Origin: Octopus vulgaris
Taxonomy: Eukaryota
Assembly: GCA_951406725.2 (NCBI GenBank)
Contig: OX597818.1
Span: 19,344,001 to 19,408,000, forward strand
Direction of reading: 5' to 3'
DNA: 64,000 nucleotides
Below, piece after piece: positions 38,340 through 51,085 of this stretch. The number at the start of each line of letters is the position of its first letter. Within the stretch, counting starts at the first letter, position 1. Made by a program: the position numbers and the translations under genes. Below the pieces are notes generated by a model. That model made no database searches. It saw only the letters and a program-made list of their open reading frames with translations, and had not been told where the DNA came from.

Positions 38340-38530
38340 TACATGGTTGCAAGACCTGCTATAAATAGCAACAAAACTGCTTGCCTTAAACCACACCAGA
38401 TTATCTTTAAAAAGTAAGACCTACTTGATAAAGTGGGTCGAGATATAACGCGTCTGAAAAAAAAGAAATTTAAATACAATGGTCACAGCTGCAATATCTG
38501 ATAGATCGAAGCTAAATATGAGCTAAAGAA
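38340..38530 (+). mobile_element. SINE-like family D
   Basis: gacctgctataaatagcaac...atggtcacagctg similar to 44045-44260. Confidence 0.5.
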
Positions 38531-38878
38531 CTATAATCATCGTTTGATCAGTATTCCAACCATCAGAATCCAATAAATTTTTTCTGGCATAATATATCGA
38601 GGGTTGCATTGCGCTGTGTTTTCTTGTAATTTTAAGACGATAGAATGTGATTCTGTGAGAGGTGTTGCTAAATTCAGTGTAGTGGATTCCTCGTTGTCTT
38701 TAGACTAAAAGAAACACCAACCAAATCATCCCTGTTTCACCAGTAGCACCAAAGACTATAGATACAATCAAGGAACGTAACCATGATGGTTGGAATACTG
38801 ATGACACGATGATTATAGTTCTTTCGCTCATATTTAGCTTCGATCTATCAGATGTTGCAGTTGTGACCATTCTATTTT
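38471..38878. repeat. Inverted repeat, ~94-bp arms (38471-38565 / 38784-38878)
   Basis: aatggtcacagctgcaatatctgatagatcgaagctaaatatgagc...gtattccaaccatca versus its reverse complement. Confidence 0.9.
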
Positions 38879-39299
38879 AATAGGACTTGCTGTGGGGATG
38901 AAAGAGAACGAAGGATGAAAGGCGAAGCTTGTGCTGTTAAAAGTTTAAGGTGCCGGAGTGGATGCACAGTTCTCAGCTGCACGCACTTAGCAGAAGGCGA
39001 GGTGGGGGTTCAATAGCAAGAGGAGTCTCGAGACGACTGACCCTTGCCTTCTGCTGTAACGAGCAGTCCGAGTTGGTGGATAAGATCCTATACTCCGCCT
39101 TGGGACCAGCCCGTCTGGTCCTGTTCGCAGGCTTCCTGCGGCAAGCTGCCAGAACTCCAGTTTGTCGTAATCCGCCTCTATAGCCAGCTTGCAGGGCATC
39201 GCCCTCATCCGCCTTCACTAGGAACACATCCGCCGTTGGGGATTTGCAACATCCCCGTTAACCACGTTTTCAGGATTCGGGTTCTAAGAATATATAAAA

Positions 39300-39337
<38 letters not shown>

Positions 39338-39479
39338 AAATAATAATAATAATAAAAAGTAAAAGGTGCAATGTCTGAATAAGAATTACATATAAATAAT
39401 ATTGTATAAAAAACTAAAAATATGCAATTAAAAGACATAAAATAATATATATGTAGACATATAAAAAATAAAAAAATGA

Positions 39480-39632
39480 AGGTATATACATATTTACAGA
39501 CATTTTGTTGGATGGCCGTTGACTATTCAGGAGTTCATCCGCCCTTTGACAGGTCTTACTTTTCATCCCGCAGGGTATCCAACAACACCCTACTCACCAA
39601 GCAAGCCTGGTGGGTTTGCCAGTTTAGTCGCC

Positions 39633-39723
<91 letters not shown>

Positions 39724-39873
39724 TGTGTCAGGTCGCTCTTAAGTGCTACTGGTAACCATGTAATCCAGTACAACTTGTCGCATGGTCGGATCGTCGGCGA
39801 CCAAACTGGCAACCCCACCAGGCTTCCTTGGTGAGGAGGGGTTTGTTGGACACCCTGTAAATATGTATATACC
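39480..39873. repeat. Two inverted copies of a GC-rich short repeat around (CA)n(TA)n
   Basis: 39571-39635 is the reverse complement of 39793-39857; both copies end in tgtaaatatgtatatacc. Confidence 0.85.
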
Positions 39874-39964
39874 TATTTTATTTTTTTATTTTTATTTTTA
39901 TATATGTACATGTATATTTTTACGCTCTCTCTATATATACAGGGTTGTGTGTATATATATATAT

Positions 39965-40288
39965 TACTCTTTACTCTTTTACTTGTTTCAGTCATTTGAC
40001 TGTGGCCATGCTGGAGCATCGCCTTTAGTCGAGCAAATCGACCCCAGGACTTATTCTTTGGAAGCCAAGTACTTATTCTATCGGTCTCTTTTGCCGAACT
40101 GCTAAGTTACGGGGACGTATACACACCAGCATCGGTTGTCAAGCGATGTTGGAAGACAAACACATACACAGACATATATATACGACCGGCTTCTTTCAGT
40201 TTCCGTCTACCAAATCCACTCACAAGACACTTGCCGAAGGTGCCACGCAGTGGGACTGAACCCGGAACTATGTGGTTCGTAAACAAGC
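39965..40288 (-). mobile_element. SINE-B, internally deleted and 5'-truncated
   Basis: Reverse complement of 9040-9464. Confidence 0.9.
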
Positions 40289-40291
40289 AAA

Positions 40292-40623
40292 GAATGGAAA
40301 CATGTGTCGCTCAGTTTCAACAATTTTCATGTTTCATATTTAGATTCTTTTATTAAATTCATTCAGTTGTTTGGCTTTCATTTATTGGCTAAACTGGCAA
40401 AATGACCATTCCGAAATATAACAATATATATATATGGCAAAATGACCATTCCGAAATATAACAATATATATAACAATATATATATATATATTGTTATATT
40501 TCGGAATGGTCATTTTGCCAGTTTAGCCAATAAATGAAAACCAAACAACTGAATGAATTTAATAAAAGCATCTAAATATGAAACATGAAAATTGTTCAAA
40601 CTGAGCGACACATGTTTCCATTC
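40292..40623. repeat. Palindrome with ~140-bp arms
   Basis: 40292-40435 versus 40481-40623, about 3 mismatches; centre is (TA)n plus a tandem copy of the arm end. Confidence 0.95.
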
Positions 40624-40692
40624 GAGTCAATACAGAATTATAGATAGTATTTTAGGAATTTTTATTTACTGTGCGGTGACTTTTGCCCAACC

Positions 40693-40727
<35 letters not shown>

Positions 40728-41271
40728 TACACGTAAAACAAGCACGCGGATACGTACAGTATGTTGGAAACATGTCTATTGGTGTGGTCTGAACCTCACC
40801 TCAGACGAATGACTGAAAATCATTGTGAGGAGAGACGGCATATAGAATATATAGATAACACATCGTTCATACTTGATACAGACAATTGGTTGTCCATATG
40901 AATTTAGAGATATCTGCCTTGCGTACAGACACACACAAACCTCTCCCTCTTCTCGTTCACTCACATTACAAACGCACATACTTACCCACTCACTCGCAGA
41001 CACTCACTAAACCAATATTATTGTGTGCATTGTCCACTTGCTTCACTGCAATACATTCATTACTTGCTTGTAATTCGATAGTAAATGCCGCCACTACCAC
41101 TTAGCACAAAACCAAACAAACACACACACACACACACACACGTAAATGGAGCATTATCGAATAAATTCTAAATATAAAGACTCTATTCTCATTATCAATG
41201 TAACCTTTTAACCTAGAGCCCTTCTCTCTTCTGCGGTTCCACATTATCATTATTAATAGGGTCGAAAAAGT

Positions 41272-41538
41272 GGAGGGCTGACAAAATCGTTAGCACGCCG
41301 GGCAAAATACTTAGCGACATTTCGTCCGTTTTCACATTCTGAGTTCATATTCCGCCTAAGGTCGACTTTACCTTTCATCCTTTTGGGGGTCGATAAAATA
41401 AGTTCCAGTTGAACACTGGGGTTCATGTAATCGATTAACCCTCCCCCGCGAAATTGCTGCCCTTGTGCCAAAATTTGAAAAGGATTGATATCAACAGTCC
41501 CTACCCTCAATAATGTTCTCCTTATGCCTAAATCATAG

Positions 41539-41603
<65 letters not shown>

Positions 41604-42010
41604 GGCAGCGAGCTGGCAGAATCGTTAACACGCCGGACAAATGCTTAACAGCATCTCCTCCGTCTGTACGTTCTGAGTTCAAATGCCATCGACAAAATAA
41701 GTACCAGTTGGGTTAATATAATCGTTTAAACCCCTCTCCCAATATTTCATGTGTTGTGCCTAAAGTAGAAAGGATTATTATTCTTGTTCTTAACCTTGTT
41801 CCCAAAATTTTAAATCCTGTGTTTCCGTTAGAAACAATTATTTTTGCGAGTTAGCAGAATCGTTGGCACACTGGACGAAATGCTTAGCGGTATTTCACCC
41901 GTCGCTACGTTCTGAGTTCAAATTCCGCCGAGATGAAACACTGGGGTCGATGTAATCGACTAGTTTCCTCCCACCAAAATTTCAGGCCTTGTGCCTATAG
42001 TAGAAAGGAT
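41272..42010 (+). mobile_element. Three SINE-A copies (41272-41480, 41604-41775, 41847-42010)
   Basis: Each has aatcgtt..cac.ccgg..aaatgctta and gttctgagttca. Confidence 0.85.
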
Positions 42011-42150
42011 TATTAGAACTCAGGTAAGTCCCTTTATTTTGAGGATTCGAAATCCTCCCTTTGTATGAAATACTAGAGCCAATTTATTGTACTATAATTT
42101 CTCCACGAAATTTATGACTTTACAGTAAGACCAATTTTAGACTTTAAAAT

Positions 42151-42360
42151 CAGTACTTCTCAACCAAAGTCCAAATGACCCTTGGGGGTTCATATAAGAT
42201 TTGTTGTGAAAATTTATGTTTAATACATTGTTTACAAAATAGCTTAATTTCTAAAAATATAAAAGGATTTTTTAAAACATCGAATGGGTCTGAGGGCCCA
42301 TCCGAGTAGAATGGGAATCAAAGGGGTTCATAGGTAAAAAAAAAATGGCTGAGAACCGAA
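42151..42360. mobile_element. hAT MITE, same family as 34322
   Basis: cagtacttctcaacc...ggggttcatataagattt...ggctgagaacc. Confidence 0.6.
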
Positions 42361-43101
42361 TCTTTTCCGTCTACTTTATTTCTTTCTTTATATCATTCCT
42401 GCATTGCATAATTACTCTCTCACTCTCTCTTCATTTTTTATTTCTTTCTTGCCTTTTTTTCTTTACCCTTCTTACCCCCTTCTTCATTCCCCTCTTCATC
42501 ACATTGTCTGCCATGAAGTATTAAATCTCACTCGGAGATAAATGTCGAATTTATTCTCTCTCTCCCTCTCTCTGTCCTCTCAAAGAATAAAATCAATATT
42601 TGGTTAATACAGAAACATAGTATCGATATCGAGAGCTACCAGAATTAGATATCCTCTGCAGATTTCCACAAAAGTTTTCGTACATTTCAATTTTCTTATA
42701 CCCATCAGTTATCTAGCCATACATTCCAACATGCATACCTGGCTCTCATCAAGCCAGTTTGTAAGCTAATTTTTACTGACACTGATAAAACTCAAACGAC
42801 TTCACAATATACGCATATATACAAATTTAACCAATCTTGCCTACAACCCAACGAGGCAGCTTCTGTGTTCCCTTTTGCCTTGCAAGAAATAACGGTCAAT
42901 TCCACACAAGTTGTTAAGAAAAAGAAAAGATAAAATGGTTAGTATGTATTTCTAGATTCACTATTTTTCGGGAAAGAAGCTTAAGGCATCTTTGATCACT
43001 TGTATGTTAAATCAAGGATAAATAACAATAGTGACCAATAATTACCAATCTTGACGACATAATTTTATGTCATGCGACAGTTGTCAATATTGGCTAAAGA
43101 A

Positions 43102-43313
43102 CGGCTACGGGTTAGCAGAATCGTTAGCCCACCGGGCAAAATGCTTAGCAGTATCTCGTCCGTCTTCACGTTCTGAATTCAAATTATGCTGCGATCGACT
43201 TTTCCTGTCATCCTTTTGGTGTCGATAAAATAAGTACCAGTCTTGTACTAGGGTCGATGTAATCGACTCAACCCCTCCCCTGAAATTGCTGGCCTTGTGC
43301 CAAAATTTGAAAC
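43102..43313 (+). mobile_element. SINE-A with TSD
   Basis: Flanked by caatattggctaaaga / caatatttggttaaaga. Confidence 0.85.
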
Positions 43314-43529
43314 CAATATTTGGTTAAAGATAAAGTCTGTATTTGATAGACTTGCATTAAAAACAAAATGGTGGATATTCTTTCCACAAAAGTGGATTTT
43401 TCACACAAGTTCCATGATCACAGTTTCAAATCCACTGCATGTCTTTTGTTTGTTCTGGAGCTAGAACCCTGTATTGTACTTCGTTTAATTCCATATAACT
43501 GAGAGTAATAGGCATAAAAAAGAAAACGT

Positions 43530-43825
43530 GGAGGCACAATGGACCCAGTGGTTAGGGCAGCGGACTCGCGGTCAGAAGATCGCGTTTTCGATTCTCAGAC
43601 CGGGCGTTGTATGTGCTTATTGAACGAAAACACCTAAAAGCTCCACGAGGCTCCGACAGGGGGTGTTGGCGACCCCTGTTGTACTCTTTCGCCACAACTT
43701 TTTCTCACTCTCTCTTCCTGTTTCTTGGGTAACGCTGCGATGGACTGGCGTCCTGTCCAGCTAGGGGGGGACACATACGCTACAGAAACCGGGAAACCGG
43801 GCCCATGAGCCTGGCTATAAAGGCG
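43530..43825 (+). mobile_element. SINE-C variant
   Basis: tggacccagtggttagggcagcggact...gctgcgatggactggcgtcctgtccag; reverse copy at 56840. Confidence 0.85.
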
Positions 43826-44044
43826 AAAGAAGAAGAATAGGCACCAAATCATTAGGGAATATTACCTGCGAAATACGGGCATCTTATTTAAGAGATTACC
43901 TCTCATTCACATCCCTGTATAAAACCGTAAAAGAACCCTTTATCACTCCTTAAGGCTTATCAGACGTAACATTATACATTATCATAATTCACTCCATTCT
44001 TCCCCATTCTTACAGATAGCAAAAGTCTTTGCTGTCTAAACGAA

Positions 44045-44260
44045 GTAGCTTCTATGTGGTTTTCAGTTTACTAGAAATACCAGCCTAGTCTCTCTTAAAT
44101 CACTGTACCGTCTTAAAAAGAAAGAAGACACTAAATAATGTAATGCGAGATACTCTATACCCGAATAATAGCCATAGTGATCATGAGTGGAGTATCTGTG
44201 ATCCTAGGCGTGTTTCACCAGGGTTGACCTCGTGTTGAACACATAATGAGAGCAACAACA
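44045..44260 (+). mobile_element. SINE-like family D
   Basis: ctagaaataccagcc...taccgtcttaaaaag...cagggttgacct. Confidence 0.5.
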
Positions 44261-44614
44261 TATCTTTATTGGCAAGAAAATATTGTCACAAAATAACAAG
44301 TCGTACAAAATATAAGCACAATATTTATTACTCAGCGGCTTATCTGATAAGGAGCGTTATCAATTATGTCTCACACATCGACTTCACTAAAAATACTGTC
44401 AATAAGACCTAATAATATTATAGCCGACATTATATCATAGCTGCTTCGTATCACGCTTACTTGATTTAAATGTAACTTCTCAACGCACATGAAAACAAGA
44501 AGTTTGGAAGTATAAAATTTTAATGCAATATTAAGCTTGCCGTTTACATCGTAAGAATTTGGAAACAAATCGTTTTTGACGGTGGAACTAGAAGTAGATA
44601 AAGCTATAAATAAT

Positions 44615-44818
44615 TCTTTCTAATTTTAGCACAGAGCCAACAAATATGAAGAGTATTTCTATTACATTGACTCCAGTGTACAGCCAGTACTTATTTTAGC
44701 GGCTCCAGAAGAATATAGGGAAAGTCGATCTAGGCAGAATTTGAACTCAGAACATAAGACCAACTGAACACCGCTAAGGTTTTTGTTCGTCGTACTAACA
44801 ACTCTGCCAGCTCATCGC
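44615..44818 (-). mobile_element. SINE-A, diverged
   Basis: aaagtcga...gaatttgaactcagaac...ctctgccagctc. Confidence 0.7.
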
Positions 44819-45084
44819 GTGAAAAATAATGAATTTAAAAGGAAAATCCTTGAATGGTCAAAGTTTATAGATGCCCGTGGAAACCGAACCCACGTCTTCT
44901 GTAAATATGACAGACGTTCTGCCACTGGACGAAAACAATCTTTCAAATCTCTCTATCCATTTTAGAAACTCTATTCTTATCAGTGAGGAATATGTGTTGT
45001 TTACATCATAAGAATTCGGAAACTTTGGGCGATACTTTGAGTTTCACTGTTAAAAACGATTCATTGCAGTTTAAACTTCACACG

Positions 45085-45425
45085 TTCATACGCCACACGG
45101 GCATCCTAGACCACATCCAGATAAAAGTTTTCCAAAAGATCGACAGAGATCCACTCCCCATGCAATAATAGTAGCTGGCTGGTGCTGACAGGTGCTTCTT
45201 CTTTTGCGATTTATTCTCTCCTTCTGATCTTCCAAGCTGTATATCACCTCCATCAACGACCTTCCTTTATCTTACCAACCTTAATGTGTTTCACCACTCG
45301 AATTCTTCACTTGAAATTTTCCTCTATTCTTTCTCCCCAAAACCACATCCCCCTGGAACTACCTCCCTATTCATTTTTCCTTACAGATATCAATCTATAG
45401 AAGATTCAGTCTCAACATCCGTTTT
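45085..45425 (+). mobile_element. CR1-group LINE 3' end, decayed (same type as 11815)
   Basis: GILDHIQIKVFQKIDRDPL and a frameshifted YSF.PK..SPWNYLP resemble 'LDRIQ.RA.RLI' and 'SF.PRT..LWN.LP'. Confidence 0.5.
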
Positions 45426-45554
45426 ATAAGTATGTGAAGGTCTGCAAAATTTAGGGAGTTTATATGTTCAAATATTTCTTAATTATTTCATTTCATTTCA
45501 ATTTCTTTCAAGAAAAGAAATTTTATAATATATCTATTACCTATTTCATATTTT

Positions 45555-45769
45555 ATCTTTTAACCTTTTACTTGTTTCAGTCATTCGATGTGGCTATGTT
45601 GGGGCACCGCCTTGAAGTGTGTCAGTTAAAAAAATCGACCTCATTACCTATTTCTGTAACTTTGGTACTTATTTTATCACTGTTTTGACGAACCGCTAAG
45701 TTAAGGGAGTGTAAGCAAGCCGACATTAGTTGTTAAACTGTGTGGGAAGACAGACAGAAACAAAACGAC

Positions 45770-45850
<81 letters not shown>

Positions 45851-45912
45851 TGGGTTTCTGAGACCGAACTTGGAACCATGTGGTTGAGGAGCAAACAGCT
45901 ATGCCTGCACCT
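45555..45912 (-). mobile_element. SINE-B, internally deleted
   Basis: ttttacttgtttcagtcatt...gaaccgctaagtta...ggaaccatgtggtt. Confidence 0.75.
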
Positions 45913-46004
45913 ATGTGCAAATATTTACTATTTTCTCAAAGATACAGCATTATTTACAAAAGGATACGACCCCATAAATCTGGAATTGACTGACTCCGAC
46001 AGAA

Positions 46005-46145
46005 TTTCTAACGTTGGTACAAGACCTAAACAATTTGGAAGAGAGTGTAATCGACCCCACTATTTAAATAGCATTTATTTTATTAATTTTTGGAATGTTG
46101 AATAATAAATGTCGACATTGCGGGCTTTGAACTCAGAATCTAAAC
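46005..46145 (-). mobile_element. SINE-A fragment
   Basis: taatcgacccc...gtcgac...tttgaactcagaa. Confidence 0.55.
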
Positions 46146-47297
46146 GAGCATAACAATAAATCAGTTTCTGTCTGCCTGTTTCTCTTTTTCTCCTAGTACT
46201 CACAATTATAACTTTGTTGTGTTTTTCTTTCTTATGAAAATTTTGTTATGCTCAGAGATAGATACGAAACTATGAGCCACAGAATGTAGAACCATATCTA
46301 TCACGCAAAAAAACCCCAAAAAACTGCAGCTGATACGAAACAATTAAATTTGTATAACCAATGAAATCTTCGTGAATTTATAACATATCAGAAGTGAACA
46401 TGAAAATCACTTGAATAAATATTTTCATTTGTGCAATAAAACAGGAGAACGGTCGATATTAGTTCTTGATTCAATTGCAGAAATGATGAATTTCGGAATA
46501 ATCTATTTTGAATCTTGCTGACTTCATCTGGCTTCATACAACTACCACTGATTGAATGAACAACAGCTACAGAGATAACTACTGAGTGAAACAAGAGGAT
46601 TGAATGGTGGACTGGGAAAAGATTTACTAAGGAAACTTTAGAAAGTGTGTCAAATATATTCTGTCAGGCTGAAACGCTACGATCGATTATTATATTCTTT
46701 TCTGGTGATAGAGTGGCTAGTCTGGAAAAATAATACAGGTCTCTCTCTATATATAGAATGTGTGCTTGATTTTGTTGTTTACGTGTGTGGAGTGTGAGTG
46801 CCTAGGAAATGTTGATGACGATGACTGTGATTATGATGATGGTGATTAGAATCATTGTTAAAACTTTTACTTACATAGGCATTATGCCAGAAATATTAGA
46901 GAGAAAGACGAAAATAGGGAGGTTGTGAGGCTTATTCCATTCCAAACGGTAGAAATGAAGTGAGATTTACTAAGCCAGTTTAATATTTATAGGGACGGCC
47001 GACGAAAGAATCAGTAAAAAGGTTGGGCAAATAAATAAATAATTAAATGAATAGATGAAAGGGGGACAAGCAGCATAATGAGCTGAAAAGGAAATGCTTT
47101 GCCGTATCTACTTCTTTCCTGTTATGTTCTGAGTTCAAATACAAACAAAGGCAGCCCTACTTTCCATTCACTCGTATTTGACTAAACATGATCTCTGATG
47201 CGCGCTCAGTGTTCTCCATATCGCCCAGTTATCAGCTTTCAATACCGCTAGAAACTTCGAGATGATGCACAAAGAATACTGTGGACGTAAATAAATA

Positions 47298-47712
47298 TAT
47301 TTCTTTATTACCCACAAGGGGCTAAACATAGAGGAGACAAACAAGGACAGACAAAGGTATTAAGTCGATTATATCGACCCCAGTGCATAACTGGTACTTA
47401 ATTCATCGACTCCGAAAAGATGAAAGGCAAAGTCGACCTCGGTGGAATTTGAACTCAGAACGTAACGACAGACGAAATACCTATTTCTTTACTACCCACA
47501 AGGGGCTAAACATAGAGAGGACAAATAAGGACAGACAAACGGATTAAGTCGATTATATCGACCCAGTGCGTAACTGGTACTTAATTTATCGACCCCGAAA
47601 GGATGAAAGGCAAAGTCGACCTCGGTGGAATTTGAACTCAGAACGTAACGACAGACGAAATACCGCTAAGCATTTCGCCCGGCGCGCTAACGTTTCTGCC
47701 AGCTCGCCGCCT
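47298..47712 (-). mobile_element. SINE-A, dimeric, young, with 14-bp TSD
   Basis: Two tandem cores; TSD tgtggacgtaaata (47280) / tgtgaacgtaaata (47714). Confidence 0.92.
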
Positions 47713-47799
47713 ATGTGAACGTAAATATAGTATAAAAATGGCTTTTATATAAGTAACTCGCTTTCACACTGCTCTAGATTTCTGTAGCACTATTTCCTT

Positions 47800-48890
47800 A
47801 CAAAAGACAGTCCTTTTCAAGGCTAAACGTCATTGATTGTTGACGATTGATGCTGTAAATTCTTAAACTGGTTCTCTAATCCGATCTCTTTAAGCTTAGT
47901 GCGGCCGCAAAGACATGTTCAGTTTACAGTAACCGGACCCTGTCTATGCAGCCTATCTAGATCGACGGTGCATATTACAAAATTGTGCTCTATGTATCCA
48001 ACCAGTCTGAATTGTGAACAACTTACTCCTATCTGCTGGTTTACAGAATGCTCTGTCTAGATACGATCTGGATGACCCAATATTGCTTGCCCATTAGTGC
48101 ATTCAGAAAATTTAGTCGGTACCTGTCAGCCAGTTGTAAATAACTAAACAGGTTTACGAGGCTCTTGCACCCTCTGTCCCACCAGATAATCCCACACAAT
48201 TCAGACATACATCAAAGACGGCGTTTCAATCGCCCAGTAGCGTTAAACAGCGGGGTTTGAAGAAATCCGATCGTCCTGTCTCAGCTGGTGCATACACGGC
48301 GACTGGTCTAAAGGCTCTACCGACTGTTCACGTCCAGGACCACGATCTTGTAGAAACAGCACTGCCCCACCACCCATTCAGGTCCGAGTAAGAACTGCGA
48401 AGATCTCAAAGTCAAGAATATGTATTAAGGCGCGTGTGTGTCAAAAATCCTGGTCTCGCCAATGGCTATTATACCCAAACCTAGTGCTCTGTGACCATTA
48501 AAATGGCGGCTCTACTTCGAGAGTGACCGCAGGCCTCATGTACTTATACACCCACTCTCTGAACTGCCCTATTAGTAGAAAAGGAAACGAGATACCATTT
48601 GGTGTTCCTGGGAGCTGGGATACTCGGCCGCCATACAATTTTGAGGTTCCTTTGGGCCATCCTGATAGCCCTTGTACTTGGGCTTCTCAGATCACTGGAC
48701 AAAGTTTCCTTCATTATTTTGCTTGTCTCCAAGTCCCGCAAATTTTATGGCACTTTGAGTGTGCTGAGTCTGTAATCTTCACTCTCTGTTTTAATGATTC
48801 CTTTTTATGCGATAAAGGCCATCAGTTTTTCTTTTATATATATTTGTGTTCCTTATCAGTACTAGGTTTTGCCTTGCACTAAAATTGTAA
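47800..48890 (-). mobile_element. L1/Tx1-clade LINE fragment (APE endonuclease region), pseudogenised
   Basis: Minus-strand peptides LGIIAIGETRI, WASNIGSSRSYLDRAF, GYIEHNFVICTVDL and GSGYCKLNMSL match the QET, SRLDR, SDH and GYWKLN motifs; many stops and frameshifts. Confidence 0.75.
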
Positions 48891-49496
48891 ACAATTTAGG
48901 ATGATGTGTGCCAATGATAAAAAGAAATCGTTTATAATAAAAATTATCAACATCAATGATTTCTTCATACGTTGACATAAAGTCACAGAAAAGCGATTTG
49001 AGATGGCTGGGTGTCAATGTTTTCCCACTAGGATTAGTACACAGAGTGTAAAAGGACGTAATTAAAATACAGCGAGCCATTTTGCTCGACAGTCTATGAA
49101 AACTGTTACTTCAATAATTAATAAATGTATTATTGTATAATCAATCATACATGTTTCCACGCCAACCCACACGAAAACACGATGAATATAGGCGTAGTAG
49201 TATGGTTCAAAAGTTTGCTTCGTAATCACATAGTTCCGGGTTGATTCCTCAACACGGCACGTTGGGCATGTGCCTCATGCTATAGCCACGAGATCATCAG
49301 TGGAACTTGATTGACATTTAGATGAAAATTGTGCGCAATTCATGCATGAATGCGCGCGCACACACACATACCCACACACATACTGGCTTCTTCAAAATGT
49401 CCAACTAAATACCAACCAAATATGTTTATGAATGTGTCTATGTATGTATACGTGCATGCATGCATGTATTTATGTATGTATATAAATGTGATGAAG

Positions 49497-49725
49497 ACGG
49501 CGAGCTGGCAGAAACGTTAGCACGCCGGGCGAAATGCGTAGCCGTATTTCGTCTGCCGTTACGTTCTGAGTTCAAATTCCGTCGAGGTCGACTTTACCTT
49601 TCATCCTTTCGGGGTCGATAAATTAAATACCAGTTACGCACTGGGGTCAATGTAATCGACTTAATCCCTTTGTCCGTCCTTGTTTGTCCTCTCTATGTTT
49701 AGCCCCTTGTGGGTAGTAAAGAAAT
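49497..49725 (+). mobile_element. SINE-A, young
   Basis: Near-consensus; flanking duplication tatataaatgtg. Confidence 0.92.
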
Positions 49726-50642
49726 ATATATAAATGTGTGTATATATGTATGTGTGTACTTGTGTGTGTGTGTGCCCATACACATATCAGCGAAGGATGT
49801 AAACACTGTTGGAACAAAAAAAAAAACCCCGACAAAACGGTCATTTTTCTTTCGAACGGAAGTCTCTTGTGCTGTTTGTTCTTTCCCAAATTGGAACGAC
49901 CACTTCTTTATCACTCTCGCTGTCACAGATATAGTGAACCACTCATTGGCTTGTTGGGAACACGTAACCAACAACACTACTGATGACATAAAATAAAGGA
50001 AAGAAGAAAGGAAGGAAGGAAGGTAGGAAAATCAAAATTCCAAACTAAAAAGAGAAATAAAATACACAGCAATGTAAATGTCTGTTGATAGCATTACAAA
50101 GCTACCATGTTTTGTAATATCTAAATGGATGTTTTACATTAAACATAGTGGACTACATTCCGTCGTAACGTCAAGAGTGCGCAAGAGGACATTACCACTG
50201 ATGCGTCTTTTTAAATCCCTATAGGATACTAGTGTAGATGTTTCACTATGTTTTCAGTGTCTGGCAAACATACAGCTGTCTACTTACTGCCTCTTGTGTT
50301 GATGAAAAATTCGACTTTATCAAATCAATTATTTACGGGAAGGTATAGTTTCGTAGCCCAAGTAAATCCGTTCACCATCTGGGAATTCTTTTTAATTGCT
50401 CGAATCTTGGTATAGGCTAATGAGACTACTACAAAGGGGTACTGGTAGATGAAGGACGTTTTACCTAGAGCATTTGGCTCCCTGTTCATGGTCCTTCGTT
50501 AGGAAGTGGAAAAGTGCTCTAGTTTGGCTAAGTATTGGCTTGAACGTTTCAGAAGCAATGTAGGCATTTTCTAGTCTTCAACTGATCTATCAAGGAGAAT
50601 TTCTGAACCATGATTAGGCAAATTATAATTTCTTTTTCGCAT

Positions 50643-51085
50643 AGTCGCAGGAATAACTGTGTGGTAAGAAGCTTGTTTCCCAACAACATGGTTCCAAGTT
50701 CAGTCTCTTCTACTATAGCCTTGAGCCAACCTAAGCCTTGTGAGTGGATTTGGTAGACGGAAACTGAAAGAAGCCCGTCGTACACACATACACACGCATA
50801 TACATATACACACACATACACATACACACGCATACACACATACACAGACACACACACATATATATGTATAGTAGAATTATAGTCGTCAAATGTGTGTCAC
50901 CATCGCTTGACAACTGGTGTTGGTGTGTTTACGTCCCTGTAACTTACCCGTTCGGCAAAAGTGACCAATAGAATAAGTACCTGACTTTAAAATATTTAAA
51001 AAAAGTCATTCGACTAAAATTCTTCGAGGCGGTACCCCAGAATGGTCGCAGTGTAATTACTGAAACAAGTAAAAGAGCAAAAGAG
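50643..51085 (+). mobile_element. SINE-B
   Basis: Aligns to 9040-9464. Confidence 0.85.

Noticed and set aside
46388-46670. ~90-codon minus-strand open frame
   Set aside because: No recognisable domain, start or splice support
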